Shown: positions 40,988 through 53,833 of the stretch, piece after piece
Layout: every line of letters begins with the position of its first letter
Position numbering within the stretch: the stretch's first letter is position 1
Assembly: GCA_965603825.1 (NCBI GenBank)
Contig: CBFDEM010000030.1
Span: 124,001-188,000, forward strand
From: Blepharisma stoltei ATCC 30299
Taxonomy: Eukaryota; Protista; Ciliophora
Length of the DNA stretch: 64,000 nucleotides
Direction: 5' to 3'
Program-made: the position numbers and the translations under genes
Notes under the pieces: generated by a model
The model's input: the letters and a program-made list of their open reading frames with translations, nothing else
Database searches by the model: none
Told to the model about the DNA's origin: nothing

Positions 40988-43900
40988 ATGTACGGGAAGA
41001 ACCAAGGTGACTACGGAGGAAGACCAGGCTATGAAGCCCCTTACAGAGGCCCAGGCCCTGACGATGATTCTGGATTCAGACGGCAACAAGCGATGGACAG
41101 TTCTACAAGAAATCCAGAAAGGCCGAAATTCGCAAGACAACAAGCTATGAATGAAGTTACTCGAAATCCGCCAGATTTTGATAATAGAGGCCCATCTCAA
41201 GGGAGACCGGACTATGGAAGTCGAGACCCGAGAGGACCTGAAAAACCGTCTGAATTTGGCATGGCTAGAGACCCGTATGACAACAGAAATCCGCCAATAA
41301 GAGATAATAGAGCACCCGCTAACAGTACAAAAGGCTATGATTTAAGAGTGCAGGGACCTGATCCATATGATAATAAACAAGATTATTTGAAGCCTGGCTA
41401 TGAGCCTCAGCCTGGAGGACGAGATGTTTATGATAAAAGACCTGATCCATATGCAAAGCCTAGAGATCCTTATGATGCACAATTTGATAAGCCAGGGCCG
41501 TATGACCAGAAGCCAAGGGATTTTGATAGAAGGCCTGGGGAAAATTATGACACAAGGCAGCCTCCTTATGAGGCAAAAAAACCAGGTTTTGAGAGACAAG
41601 GAGCTATGAATAGGGACCCACAAGGGTATGACCCTTATGCAAAAGATGATCCGAGAGGCCCTAAAAGAGACGATTATGGGGCGAATAGACAAGGACCAGT
41701 TGATGACCGAGGGTTCAAAAGAGATGAGCCAGGGTTTTCTAGACAAGCTGCTATAGAAGATCCAAGAAGAAATGAGCCAGGGTATGGCAGACAAGCACCT
41801 ATAGATCCTAGAAGGGATGACCCATATGCAAGACAGCCTCCTATTGATGACCCTAGAAATCCTAGAAGAGATGATCCATATGGAAGACAAGCCCCTGTTG
41901 ACGACCCAAGAAATCCAAGAAGGGATGATCCATATGCACGAAATCCTACACCAAAAAGAGATGACCCATATGCACGACCTCCTATTGATGACCCTAGAAA
42001 TCCTAGAAGAGATGACCCTTATGCGAGACAAGCTCCTGTTGACGACCCCAGAAATCCTCGAAGGGACGACCCATATGCACGACAGCCTGACCTAAAAAGA
42101 GATGACCCATATGCACGACCTCCTACTGACGATCCTAGAAACCCTAGAAGAGATGACCCTTATGCAAGACAAGCTCCTATTGACGACCCCAGAAATCCTC
42201 GTAGAGATGACCCATATGCACGACCTCCTATTGACGACCCCAGAAATCCTCGTAAAGATGACCCATATGCACGGCCTCCTATTGACGACCGCAAAAATCC
42301 TGATCCTCGCTACGATCCCAAATATCCTCCAAAAGAAGACCCAAGATACCCTCCACCAGACAACCGCAGAGACAACACGCCTTCATCCTATACCAACCGG
42401 CCTCAAGATCCCAGACAACCCCAAGGCTACGATACTCCTAAAGGCCAATATAATGTTCCCAAAGTCGACCCCATCTGAAAAGACAACTGTTATAGAAACA
42501 TCGCCTCAATTATAGAAGAACGAAAAATCAGAATCGATGACGTTTTTTCTCGATATGACCCTCAGAGGACTAATAAAATCCGAATGGCAGATTTCCAGAG
42601 AGGATTAAGCACTATAGCTCCTCGACTTACAGCTGATGAAGCTTTAATGCTTGGTGATGAATATGATGTTAGACATGAAGGATTAGTTAATTATCAGTCA
42701 TTCATTAATGCAGTAGATGCTGCTATTGATAAAAGAAAATCGTATAATCAGACAATTGAGAGATTAGGAAAACATTGTATGGACAAATCGCTGAATTTTG
42801 AAGAAAAACTGAAAGAAGTGGACCCAAGAAATATGAAAAAACTGACAAAAGAGGATTTTCTGGCGTTTTTGAATAGGATTGGGTTTACAATGCCGCCTAT
42901 TGAATCGAATACCTTGATTTCTGAGCTACCGAAGGACAAAGATTTGCTAGATTTGAATGATTTGGTTAGGAGACTTCCAAAGCCAAAAACTACTATAAAT
43001 CTTGAGGCGGTTTTCCAAAAAATAAAGTCATATATACAGTCTCGCAGGATAACTGTTTCTCAAGCTGTCAATGAGTTTGACAAAAACCATGATGGCAGTT
43101 TAAGCCCTTATGAGCTTTCACAAGCGCTAACTCAAATGGGGATCACCGGTTTATCAGCTGACGACATAACACTTGTTGTGCAGGAGCTTGATAAAAATAA
43201 AGATGGAAAAATTTCATTATCTGAGTTCTCAGAAAGAATTGGAATGCCAATTGACCAAATTCAAACGTCAGTCACTCAAGATTTCTTTAGAAAAATTTCA
43301 ACTTTTCTCAAAAATCGTGGCCAAACTTTAATTGAGTTTTTCAAAGAATATGATACTGATAAAAGCAATTCTATTGACAGACATGAATTTGATAGAATGA
43401 TTGCATTAATGAGAATCGAGCTCGACCCTATTGACATAGACCGTCTATTCATTGAAATTGATGTCAACAGGACTGGGAATATCACTTTTATGCAGTTTAT
43501 GAATAAATTTGAAAACATGATCGGAGTTATTGAGAAAAAAGATGAGGCGAATAAAGAAAAAATCAAGCAAGCATTAAAAGGGAAAAAGCCTGGAGAAGTG
43601 TTCAAGCTAGTATATGACCAAGCTGCAGGCGAACAAACCATTCCTTTGCGTGAGTTCAAGCAAGGTCTTGATTTTTTAGGCTGCTATATGACAAAGCAAG
43701 ACTTAGATTATATCGTCCAAGAGTTCGACAAAGGAAAAGGCTATGTCTCCCTCCGCGATTTCGCTCCATATTTTGACCAACCAATTGCTAACCAGCCTCA
43801 AAAAATCGATGTCTCCGCCTATCAATCTCCACCAACCCCTTCCAACAAGCACTGGGCTGAAAAATATTTTTCCCAGATCCGCGACTATGCTACAAGAAAC

Positions 43901-46900
43901 CGCTGCACTATAAGAGAAGCTTTTACCCCATACTGTCCTGACAGAAATGGAAAAATGACAAATGAAGAGCTATCAAATGCTTTAAATATGCTAACTATGG
44001 ACATAAGTGCCCAAGAAATCGACAGACTTGGCAGAGAGCTGAGAAGGGATGGAAGAGTGAGCATTGCTGACATATCAGCCTTGGTAGAAGGCAAAGAAAT
44101 CAATACCTCTGAACAAATAATAGAAGACATGAAAGGCTTTTTTGAAAGGACAGGGAAAAAAATAGAAGAGGTGTTCAGGGTGGATTCTAATGAAAATATA
44201 TACAGACCTGACCTTGTAGAAGGGCTAAAAATTATGAATATCCAAGTAAACCCTAACAGTTTGCTAGATTTGATTCATTTGTTAAATCCAGACGCAAAAG
44301 AGTTAAATATCTCAAATCCAACACTGCAGAAAGTAACAAAAAGAGCTTTGATTAATAAATTAAGACTAAGAGAACCTACTGTCCCTACTTCACCGAAAAT
44401 TTCTGCAAGAAATATTGAAGAAAGGCTGAAAAAAGAAATTTTTGAACATATGGCAGAATTTGTTAACAAAAATTCACTGAATTTGGAAAAAAATGTGTTT
44501 GCGAGGTATGATAAGTATGGAACTAATAGGGTTTCTAGTGACCAGTTCACTGAAATTTGCCATTATTTGACAGAAAGAGCTATATCTCCAGAGCAGCTGA
44601 AATTAATAATTGATGAATTTGACCCTTCAAAGACAGGACAAATCAGCTATCAAGCATTTATAGGGAAAATTGAAGATACAGTGATACAAATTTCATTTGT
44701 GGACAAACTGATACAAAGAATAAAGAATGAGACAGCTGATAAGAGGATTAATTTGCAACAAGTATTTGCAGGGCTTGATCCAAGTACAACAGGGTATGTT
44801 ACATTTGATGATTTTATGAGCGTTTTTACAAGAAACCAGATTACGATTCTTAAAGATGATTTGAGTCGGCTCTGTGCAAGCTTTGATCATGATGCCCAAG
44901 GAAGAATTTCGTATCATGATTTGTTAGGCCGCTTGACAAAGCTTAATGATTCTTATCAAATGACTGGAGGAATGGTAACTCAGTCAACATATGGAACGTC
45001 TGATCCTTATCAAAGGCAAGACCAATATGCAAAAACATATGGGAATGATAACTTGGCAAACCCAAGCCAGAATTTAGCAGCTCCTTATGATCCTCCAAAG
45101 CCTTACCAAGATTACGGAGACCGTAATGCTCCATTGACTAGACAGCAGCCACTTGATAAATTCCAAGCTGATCCTTATAGACCTCAGAATTTCTCAGCTG
45201 GAACTCCAAAAGATGACCCTAGATTTCCATCGCAGACATATGACTCGAGATTTCCAGCTCAAACACCAACACAAAGAGGACCAGATTTAAGATTCCCTAC
45301 ACAGCCTTATGATAATCGATTCCCTGACTCTCGCCCACAAGATCCTCAATTCTCCCAACCTCCTTATCAATCTCAACCAGATCCCAGATATCCTTCCCAA
45401 TCCTCTAATAGAATTCCTCCTCATTGGGCTGATCGTTATTTTGAAATAATCCGTAACTACATGAGCCAAAAACGTCTAAGTATCAAAGACATGTTTACAG
45501 AATTCGACATAGACCGATCCAACTCAATTTCCCCATTTGAGTTTTCCCAAGTTCTCCAAAGAATGGGCGTGCAATTATCTCAGACTGAGCTACAGAATTT
45601 AATGAACGAGCTCGACTCTAATAAAGATGGAAGAATTTCTATAACTGAATTTGAAAGAATTCTTGGAACGAAGACAACTGATGCGTGGGCTGAAGAAGTG
45701 CTAAAAGAGATAAGGGAAGCCGTGAAAATAAGCAGGTCAAATTTAAGAGAGCTGTTTTATAGAGCTGATAGAGATAGGAATAACTTTTTAAGTTACCAAG
45801 AATTTATGGCAGCAATTGTTGATATCTATCCAAGACTTACCCGAAGTGATATGGAAAGATTAGCTAAATACATGGATATTGATAATGATGGAAGAATTTA
45901 TTACCCTGAGTTTACAGCCAAGCTTGAGCAAGAATTTGTAGAGTCAATAAATGCAAAAGTCAGCGACTTTATCAAAGCTAACAACATAAGACTAGATGAA
46001 ATCTTCAGCAGGCTAGACTACACAGGTGACAAATGCATCCACATAAACCAAATGATCCAAGCCCTTGACTCTTTAAGACTTCCTCTTGCTCCAAATGAGC
46101 TTACAGCATTGGTCACAGAAAACTCCTTACATAGAACAAGAGACAATAGACTCAGCTATGTCGATTTAATAGAGCGCGTAACAGCAAAAAAGACTGGGAC
46201 TGACTTAATTTATAGCAAAATTAAAGACGTTTGGGATTTACGATCTCTTAATGTAGAGGAGCACTTTAGACAATATGATCTCTATAATGATTTTACAGCT
46301 TTTCCTAATATTTTATATGAAGCTATATCAAAATCAGGGGCGAATTTAAGCACTGAAGAATATAATCAGCTGCTACAGGCACTGCCTAAAACAAGAGATG
46401 GAAGGATTCCAATGAGGGAACTTATTAATAGGATTGTGGGAGGAGGCTCTGAGTATTCAGTAAATGTGTATCAGAAAATAAGAAGAGCTGCAGAGCTGAA
46501 AAGGGTTAATTTGTTAGACGCGATGAGAGATTATGATACTTATGGAGATAAAATGATATCAAAAGCCCACTTCAAGACTGTTTGTGACTCATCACAAATA
46601 CAAATAGCTGACCGTGAATTAGATGCAATTTGGGCTGATCTCGACAAAACAAAATCTGGGCTTATAAACTATGAAGAGCTTTTCCAAAAAATAGTTCCCC
46701 ACTTAACCAGCCTCCCTCCATCAGCCCCTCGTCTTCCTCCTTCTCAGCAAGCTATGGCTCCTCCACCTCCTCATTGGGCCCAGCAATATCTAAACCAAGT
46801 CAAAGACTACATAAAAACCCGCAACATGACCTTAAAACAAGTTTTCAGTAAATTTGACTCTGATATGAGCAACAGTGTTTCTCCACAAGAATTCCAATAT

Positions 46901-49900
46901 GCAATGCAGTCTATTAATGTAAATATGCCTCCTAAAGAAATGCAAAAACTTATCAATGAGCTGGACATTCACAAGGATGGGGTTATATCATTAACTGAGT
47001 TTGAAGGATTATTCCCTGAGATTGCTCAAGAAGAAAAACATATGACGAGGCTGCTTTTTCAGATTAGGAGCTCAATAGTTACACATAATTTAGATACAAA
47101 AACTATTTTTTCAATGAAAGATAGGGAGTTTCTTGGATATATACAAATTTTTGAGTTTATTGACTGTATAAAGCAAATTTGTCCAGAAATTTCTCCGATT
47201 GATTTAAGGAAGCTTTCAGATAATTTTGGAAAGGAAGGAAAAGTTTATTATAATGAATTTATAAGGAAATTAGATGAAGATAAGGTCGGGATGGTGAACC
47301 TTAAGGTAAGAGAAGCTATAATGTCAAGAAGAATTTCAATGGCCCAAGTCTTTCAGCCATACGACCAAGGTGACCATTATGTGGCAGCACGTGATATTCG
47401 TAGAGCTTTAGACACTTTAAACCTTCCCATCTCTCCAGAAGAGCTTACCTCTCTTGTTCATGATAACAATTTATCTAAAAGTCAAGACGGCCGCTTATCT
47501 CTAAGAGACTTAATTTCTAGAATCGGGATCAGAGAAATCTTGCCAGACCCCAAGCCAACTCTTTCTCAAATTTGTGAAAAAATCCGAAAAGAATGGGACC
47601 AGCTGCGAGTCAACCCTGCCCAAGTTTTCAGTGCATTTGACTATGATGGAGACATGCATTTAACAAAGGCAAATTTCAATCAAGCTTTTATCCACAATAA
47701 TACGCCTTTGAATGCTCAAGAGCTTGATGCTATTTGGGAAGGAATTAATAAGCTTCCTGATGGCAGAGGCTCTGCTCAGCATTTAATTAGTCTCATTATG
47801 AGGCAGGAATCCCCTAATCAGTCTGTTTTTCTAAAAATCGGCTCTATTGCTGAACAAAGAAGAATAAACCTCGGAAATTTGTTTGCTAAATATGACGCAG
47901 ATATGGATAAAAAAATAACAAGGCCAGAGCTTGAAAAAGCACTTATGGAAATCAGGGTTGGGCTCACTGAATTCGAATATCGAGCCATTTTTGCTGAGCT
48001 TGATAGAAATAGAGAAGGAAAAATTTTAATCCCAGAGCTAGTTAGCACTATTATGAAAAAGCCAGTCCCTGTTGATACAATGGAACTGCAATGGGCAGGA
48101 CCAATATTAAACAGAATAAGAGAATCACTTGCAGCTATGAGAATGGACTGCTTACAGTACTTCAGACGCTATAATATAGATCCACAAGGTATGATGAATA
48201 TCAAAGACTTCAGAGATGCTTTATTCAAACTAGGCGTAGACCCTGCATCAATTGAAGGCCAGAGGCTGGTAAACCAATTTTCAATTCAAAATCAAGGAAA
48301 AGCAAATTATGCTGACTTTGAATGGGCAGTCAAAAATATAAGGTCAGTTGGGATCCAGCCACCAGCTCCACAATATAGAATCCTCACACAAACAGCTTTA
48401 GACCATCTTTACCAATGCCTTGATTTCATAGGAGACTGCATTAAAAAAGATTTTGGAAAGGTAGAAAATTTAACTAGAAAAGTAGACCCAAGAAATACAG
48501 GGTTTTTTACCTTTGAAGATCTCAAAAGAATTATTGCCCAGGAGCTGAAGACTCCTTCAGAAGAGGATGTTTTTCAAGGTTTGTGCCTTTTATTGGATGA
48601 TGGGAGCGGGAAAATTCCGAATATTAGGTTTGGAGATGCTGTGTCTGGAGTAAGAATTGAGCAAGTTAAAAAGGACCCAAGAGCAATAAATCAAAGAAAT
48701 TCTCTTCCTGCAGGAGGCATGAATCCAAATACACTTGTACCTCCAAATATGCAACAGCCACCAGGAATGCTGCAAAGAGCTATAACTGCTCAGGGCCCCA
48801 GCCCAGGCCAATTCCAAGTCCAACAAGTATCAGGGACTTTTTCACAAGGTCCTCCAGGAAATCAGCCTCAAAATCCAAGCCTTGTTAAATTTGATATGTT
48901 TTTAAAGCAAAACAATATGACAATAGTAAATCTATTTGGAAGGTCATCAGGAATAATCCTCCGTGACGTTTTCTTGCAATGTCTAAGAAACCAAAACGTT
49001 CCTTTAACACAAGAAGATGTAGAATTCCTCTTAAAAATTTCAGCTGATGCTCAAGATCCTAATAAGACTGATTTAGATAAGCTAAATCAAGCTTTAAGAC
49101 AAACTCAGACAAGGCCTGATATTCGGTCAAATCTCCGGCCACCACAGCCAAATACCCCAAGTCGCCCCCAAATGAATAACTCTAGACAGCAAATGCCATC
49201 AAGCTCAAATCCTACAATTTTAAGATTAAATGACGAGCTGGTTAGAGCAGGACTTTCTGCTGAAGAAGTCTTTGAAAGATACGACATTGACCAAGATGGA
49301 ATTCTCAATAAAGAAGAATTCCTCAAAGCCTGCACTGATTTTGGCTTTAGCGTAGACAGACTTGCTTTGGAAGAAGTTTTCAACCTAATTGATATTTCCA
49401 AAAATGGTCAAATCTCTATCAATGAATTTGCAATGCAAGTTCCTGGAGCACGAATTCAGAATGACCAAAGAGTCCGAAACTTAGACTTAGGCCAGCAATT
49501 TGACGCAGAAATTAATGAGCTTTTTAAGATGCTGGACATTGATAAAGATGGATTTTTGAATTATAATGAAATTACGCAAGGCTTAAAAGCATATTGTATA
49601 GTCCCCAATGGTCAACAGCTTAAAGATATGATGAGAAGAATTGACACAAACCAAAACGGGAAAATCGAATGGCAAGAATTCAAAGGGTTTATGGAAGAAA
49701 TGATAAAGAAAAATATCATGGAACAAGAAGACGAACTTCAAGATATGCGCCAAAAATTTCAGCAAGCTGATTTTATGAAGCTAGGCTACTTAACTACTCC
49801 TCAGCTACTGTCAGTTTTCCAGCAAATGGGCTGCGATATCACAGAAGAAGAGCTTTCTCACCTTGTCGCTCTTGCTGATACAAATCATGATGGAAAAATT

Positions 49901-51457
49901 GATATTGATGAATTTATGCTAATTATGGTTGGCGGAAACCCTGAAGTTTACAATAACGACAAAGCAAGTGCTGTGCTTTTTAATATCAGAAAAGCAAGAA
50001 ATATCAATCCTCTTGATTTTCTTAAAGCATTTTCAGGAATGCCAAAGCATTTTATCCCATCTTTTATAGCAGAAAGACACAAATTAAAGAAAAACTTACC
50101 ATCAACCGGCATAACTCCAGCTTTAGATGCTTCAGGGATCCAATTTAGAGATATCAGCAACACAGTGACTCAGTCTAAGCTCCAGTCAGCTACACATCTA
50201 AAACAAAATGAAATAGAAGCCGGAGGCTATATCATTATGAATAGGGCTTCTGGAATTTCTATCCCAGACGCCTCAATTGTGGCTAGGGCTAATATTTTGC
50301 GCAGGGTTGTAAGAATAGCCTCTTGGCATACTGATAAAATGGATTTCATAGGAAATACTTGTCATGTAGAAGCTCAATGGCGTGAAGATATAGAAGACAG
50401 ATGGGCTTTTGAGCTTCCCCAAGACAAAGAATACAACTTTATAGCTGCCAGAATCGGAAAAGGCTATGACCCCTCAAAGGTATTTTTAATCTTTGAATTT
50501 ATCATCATAATGCTAAAAGACCAAAATTCAGTAGAATTTTCCTGTGGGTTTTCACAGATTTCCTACCAAAATTTAATGCTGAGAACTGACCATAGAATTC
50601 CTATACAAGGAGGCAGCCCAGGAAATCTGCAAGAAGTGTCGACTGAAGATATAAGGACTTATAGGAAAGGATGGAGACATTTGTTGAAAATGACAGGGCT
50701 GAGCTCGGTAAGGTCTGAATTAATGCTAGAATTTAGACAGTTTAGAAGACTAAATATACCAGAACAAGGGTTATTGGAAAGTCTTCCTAATGTATGTGTA
50801 GCAAATAAAGGAGGGCTACAGATGATAAATATATATAGAGAATATGTCGCAAACTTGTTTTCACAGAAAACTGGACAGGATTTTATACTCCCCAACGTAG
50901 CTGATCCATTTTTGACACAGTTCCCAAGGATAATGGATTGCCCTGATACCTGGATGCCACTTATGCAGCACTGGAATAGTGTGGAGTTTAATAGAGCTAT
51001 GGGAGCTGCAAGAGATTTGAGCCAATATCATATACAATTGATAAACCTTGTGAAGAAGCTGTATACCATAATAAAAACTGAAGAATTTGCTGTAGATGAT
51101 TATCAATCTACAAAATTCTCTTATGGAATTGTGACTAACAGAGTTGAGCTATACTCGAAGCGGCAAGAACTTGTATGGAAAGCTATTAGAGGGGAGCCTG
51201 ATAAGCAAGCAGCTTATAATTATAAACCTTTTGATGTGGTAGAACTGTCATCAAAGACGCTAATAGATATTGATTTTATTGCAAGCAGAAAAATCAGAAA
51301 TATGTCAAGAGGAGGTCTTCAAGATAGCAGAGGACTGAATCGGTCTATGCAAGAGCTCGGGAAGAGATCGACTGCTCAAGATGGGCTAAGTCAACAGACA
51401 CCAACTGGTGGGCAAGGAGACACCAGGCTGCAAAGATCAAGAGTATCATTTAAATAA
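40988..51457 (+). CDS. Giant 3,489-aa protein: Pro/Arg/Asp/Tyr-rich repeats, ~40 EF-hand-like motifs, C-terminal nephrocystin-1 (NPHP1)-like domain
   Basis: Track ORFs 40988-42478 and 42584-51457 join in frame through one TGA. EF loops include DKNHDGSLSPYE, DSNKDGRISITE and DTNHDGKIDIDE. NPHP1-type motifs lie at ~50220-51000. Confidence 0.88.
41760..42300 (+). repeat. Coding tandem repeat DDPRNPRRDDPYARQ(A/P)P(I/V), ~16-18 aa units with shorter variants
   Basis: The repeats are visible at both DNA and protein level. Confidence 0.92.
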
Positions 51458-51749
51458 CTAAAATTATTAATTATAGTAGCAAAAGAAATATGTTGCTCAG
51501 CTATATATAGTTATTTCGGAAAGTTATTATAAGCATCTCCCAGGATATGGACTTTATTAAAAGTATAAGTTAAATCCATAAAAAATACTTACAATTAACG
51601 AGAGCCAATAAACCAAAAATTTGCTTTTCTTGTTTCAGAAAATAATATCTCTCCATAATTGCAATGCTTTAGCAATTGATAATCCAGGTGGAGAATAAAT
51701 ATATTTTCTTCATAAATAGTAGAATAATTTCATATTAATTTATTAAATT

Positions 51750-52331
51750 TTATTCGTTATCCTTAATACCTTTGGTGAAAATTTGAGATCGCTCAATAAA
51801 ATTAGAGTTTTCTTTAAGCATCTTTATGACTTTATCATGAGACTCTACGAGTATTATCATTTTGAGAAGTGTCGGATAATTCTTCTTGGATTCTTTAAGA
51901 GATGTCAGTACATTTTCAAAAACATAAGCACTTATTGCAAATCCTTTATCTACAGCATCCTTAGCGAACGTATTTGCATACTCAGAATTTTCGAAGAAGA
52001 CATCAATAGCTGCCTTCTTTGTTTTTCTATCAGTGTTTGCTACATTGATAGCGACTTTTCCAATTGCGATTGGGTCTTCAACAAAATTCTTTATATCGAC
52101 TGAAGGTATGCTCGTTTTAGGAAAATGCTTTCCTCGGTGTTCTTTGGAAATAAAGTAGGTTTTATTTTTACAGTCGATTGTGATCCTTGAAGGACACTTC
52201 GAATGCGAACATTTGAAGTAGATTCTATCTTTGTATGAACTACTTCAGTAATAAATATAGTTATCCATAAAATATGAAGTTGAATTATGGAATATATACA
52301 TTTTGACCTTTTTAGCATATTTAATTTTCAT
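51750..52331 (-). CDS. FLYWCH/WRKY-GCM1-like zinc-finger protein (~172-193 aa), absent from the ORF track
   Basis: With TGA=W it reads MDNYIYYWSSSYKDRIYFKCSHSKCPSRITIDCKNKTYFISKEHRGKH (C-x4-C...H-x3-H), open to TAA 51750-51752. Possible starts are 52331 and 52268. Confidence 0.6.
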
Positions 52332-53125
52332 ATGGAAATTAAATTTTGGAATATCAAAATCATTAAATTTGTAAGAACTATTTTAGAGACTTTTTTTAAA
52401 CAGACTTGATTTTAAGTTGTGAGAATGCCTATAAAGTACTCGGATCTGTTAATTTGTCTAAAACATTATTTTTCTTGAGTTTCTCCATTTTATAGATGAG
52501 CAATTTTTTCTTTGAATTTTCCAAAATTCTGATAGCTATATTATTGGGCAGATTATAAATGAATTTTTTGCTAGCAATGCTTCTAAATATTCATAGAAAT
52601 TGTACCCTATAGTGATTAAGACTTTTTGGATTTCTTCATGATCCACCTATTCTAGAATTGAAAACCCTAACTCATCTAAAAATAGCCTTTAAAAAAAGCT
52701 AAATTAGTCTTATTCTACAGTATAGCAGCTTGTATACCATAAAATTGGTTTCTTATGCTTCATTTAACTCTAAATCCATATCCTTTCATCTGGATTCCCA
52801 AGTCAACTTTGTCTGTACGCAGCGGATTTGATGCAAATGGTCTATCTATTTAAGGTATTTGGACATCGGCAGCTTCTCTTTCAGCTCTCAAGGGTATCAA
52901 CTTGGATAAGCAAGACTCCCTAAAGCCCATTTGGCTGATGTAAAGCTTCCAATATTTTTCTGTCCATAGTTATGTTTCCTTGCTTTGCTGTTACTGTAGG
53001 ATAAATTCACTCACAAAGCCAACTTCATACCAAAAATGAATTCTTGTCCAGAGAAAATCAATCTCAAACAGAGCTATATTTTTCTTTTCTAACTCTCCAT
53101 ATCGATTTAATATTAATAATCTTTC

Positions 53126-53833
53126 ATGAATTCTGCTGGAAAACTTATTGAGTTAAGAAAGCTTATTTTACTAAAAAGCCAAGAACTTGTCCCCACCCTT
53201 GGATTTTCCCAAAACCTCTTTCAAGTCGCTGCTAAAGAAATCTCAGTGTCACCAGTATCATCAATTTAGGCAATAGTAGGACATCTCTTCCCAGAAGGCC
53301 CGATTGCCCTAGTGCACCATCTTATGGAGTCTTGGCAAGAGCAATTAAATGAAGAATCGTCGTCCCCTAACTTAAAAGTTATGAATACAAAGGGAAAAGT
53401 CTACTTCTACACAAAGAGAAGAATGGAATACATAATTCCTTATAAAAACGTGTGGAAAGAAGCTATGACACTGAGTGCTTCTCCTAGCAATGCATTGAAT
53501 ACTACAAGAATTCTTTTAAATACATGGGATACAGTGCTGAATCTGAGCGGAGAAAAGCCATTGCCTTACCATTATGTAATACCACAGTTTTTAGCGGCAA
53601 GAGCTGCATATGGGAAAGCTTATTTGTTTACTGAAGTATATTTTCTTACTGATAGTCCAGACTATAGTAAAACTTGGAGTTTTTTGGAAGGGCAAATAGA
53701 CAGTCTATACCTACAAAAAAGTATTGCTAATACATTTTTTGATTTGGCTCAGTTTACGTTGAAAGCGCAGTTTAGAGTGCTTGAAAGCTTTTATCCGCAG
53801 CCAAGAGTTCATGATAACCCAATAGTAAAATAA
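53126..53833 (+). CDS. COQ9: Ubiquinone biosynthesis protein COQ9
   Basis: Motifs FPEGPIALVHH, RMEYIIPY..W.EAM....P.N and Y..TEVYFLTDSPDYSKTWSFL. One 15-nt intron. Confidence 0.82.
53255..53269 (+). other. 15-nt intron (COQ9)
   Basis: GTATCATCAATTTAG with an in-frame TAG. Confidence 0.88.

Noticed and set aside
41760-42300. CRISPR-like or non-coding repeat array
   Set aside because: The units are in-frame coding repeats with synonymous variation and no unique spacers, and the context is eukaryotic.
41342-42515. Antisense and alternative-frame ORFs over the repeat region, and similar shadow ORFs elsewhere
   Set aside because: They are by-products of repetitive or biased coding sequence in another frame or strand, with no recognisable domains.
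44251-44258. CCCTAACA telomere-like octamer
   Set aside because: It is a single copy within coding sequence. There is no telomeric array in the window.
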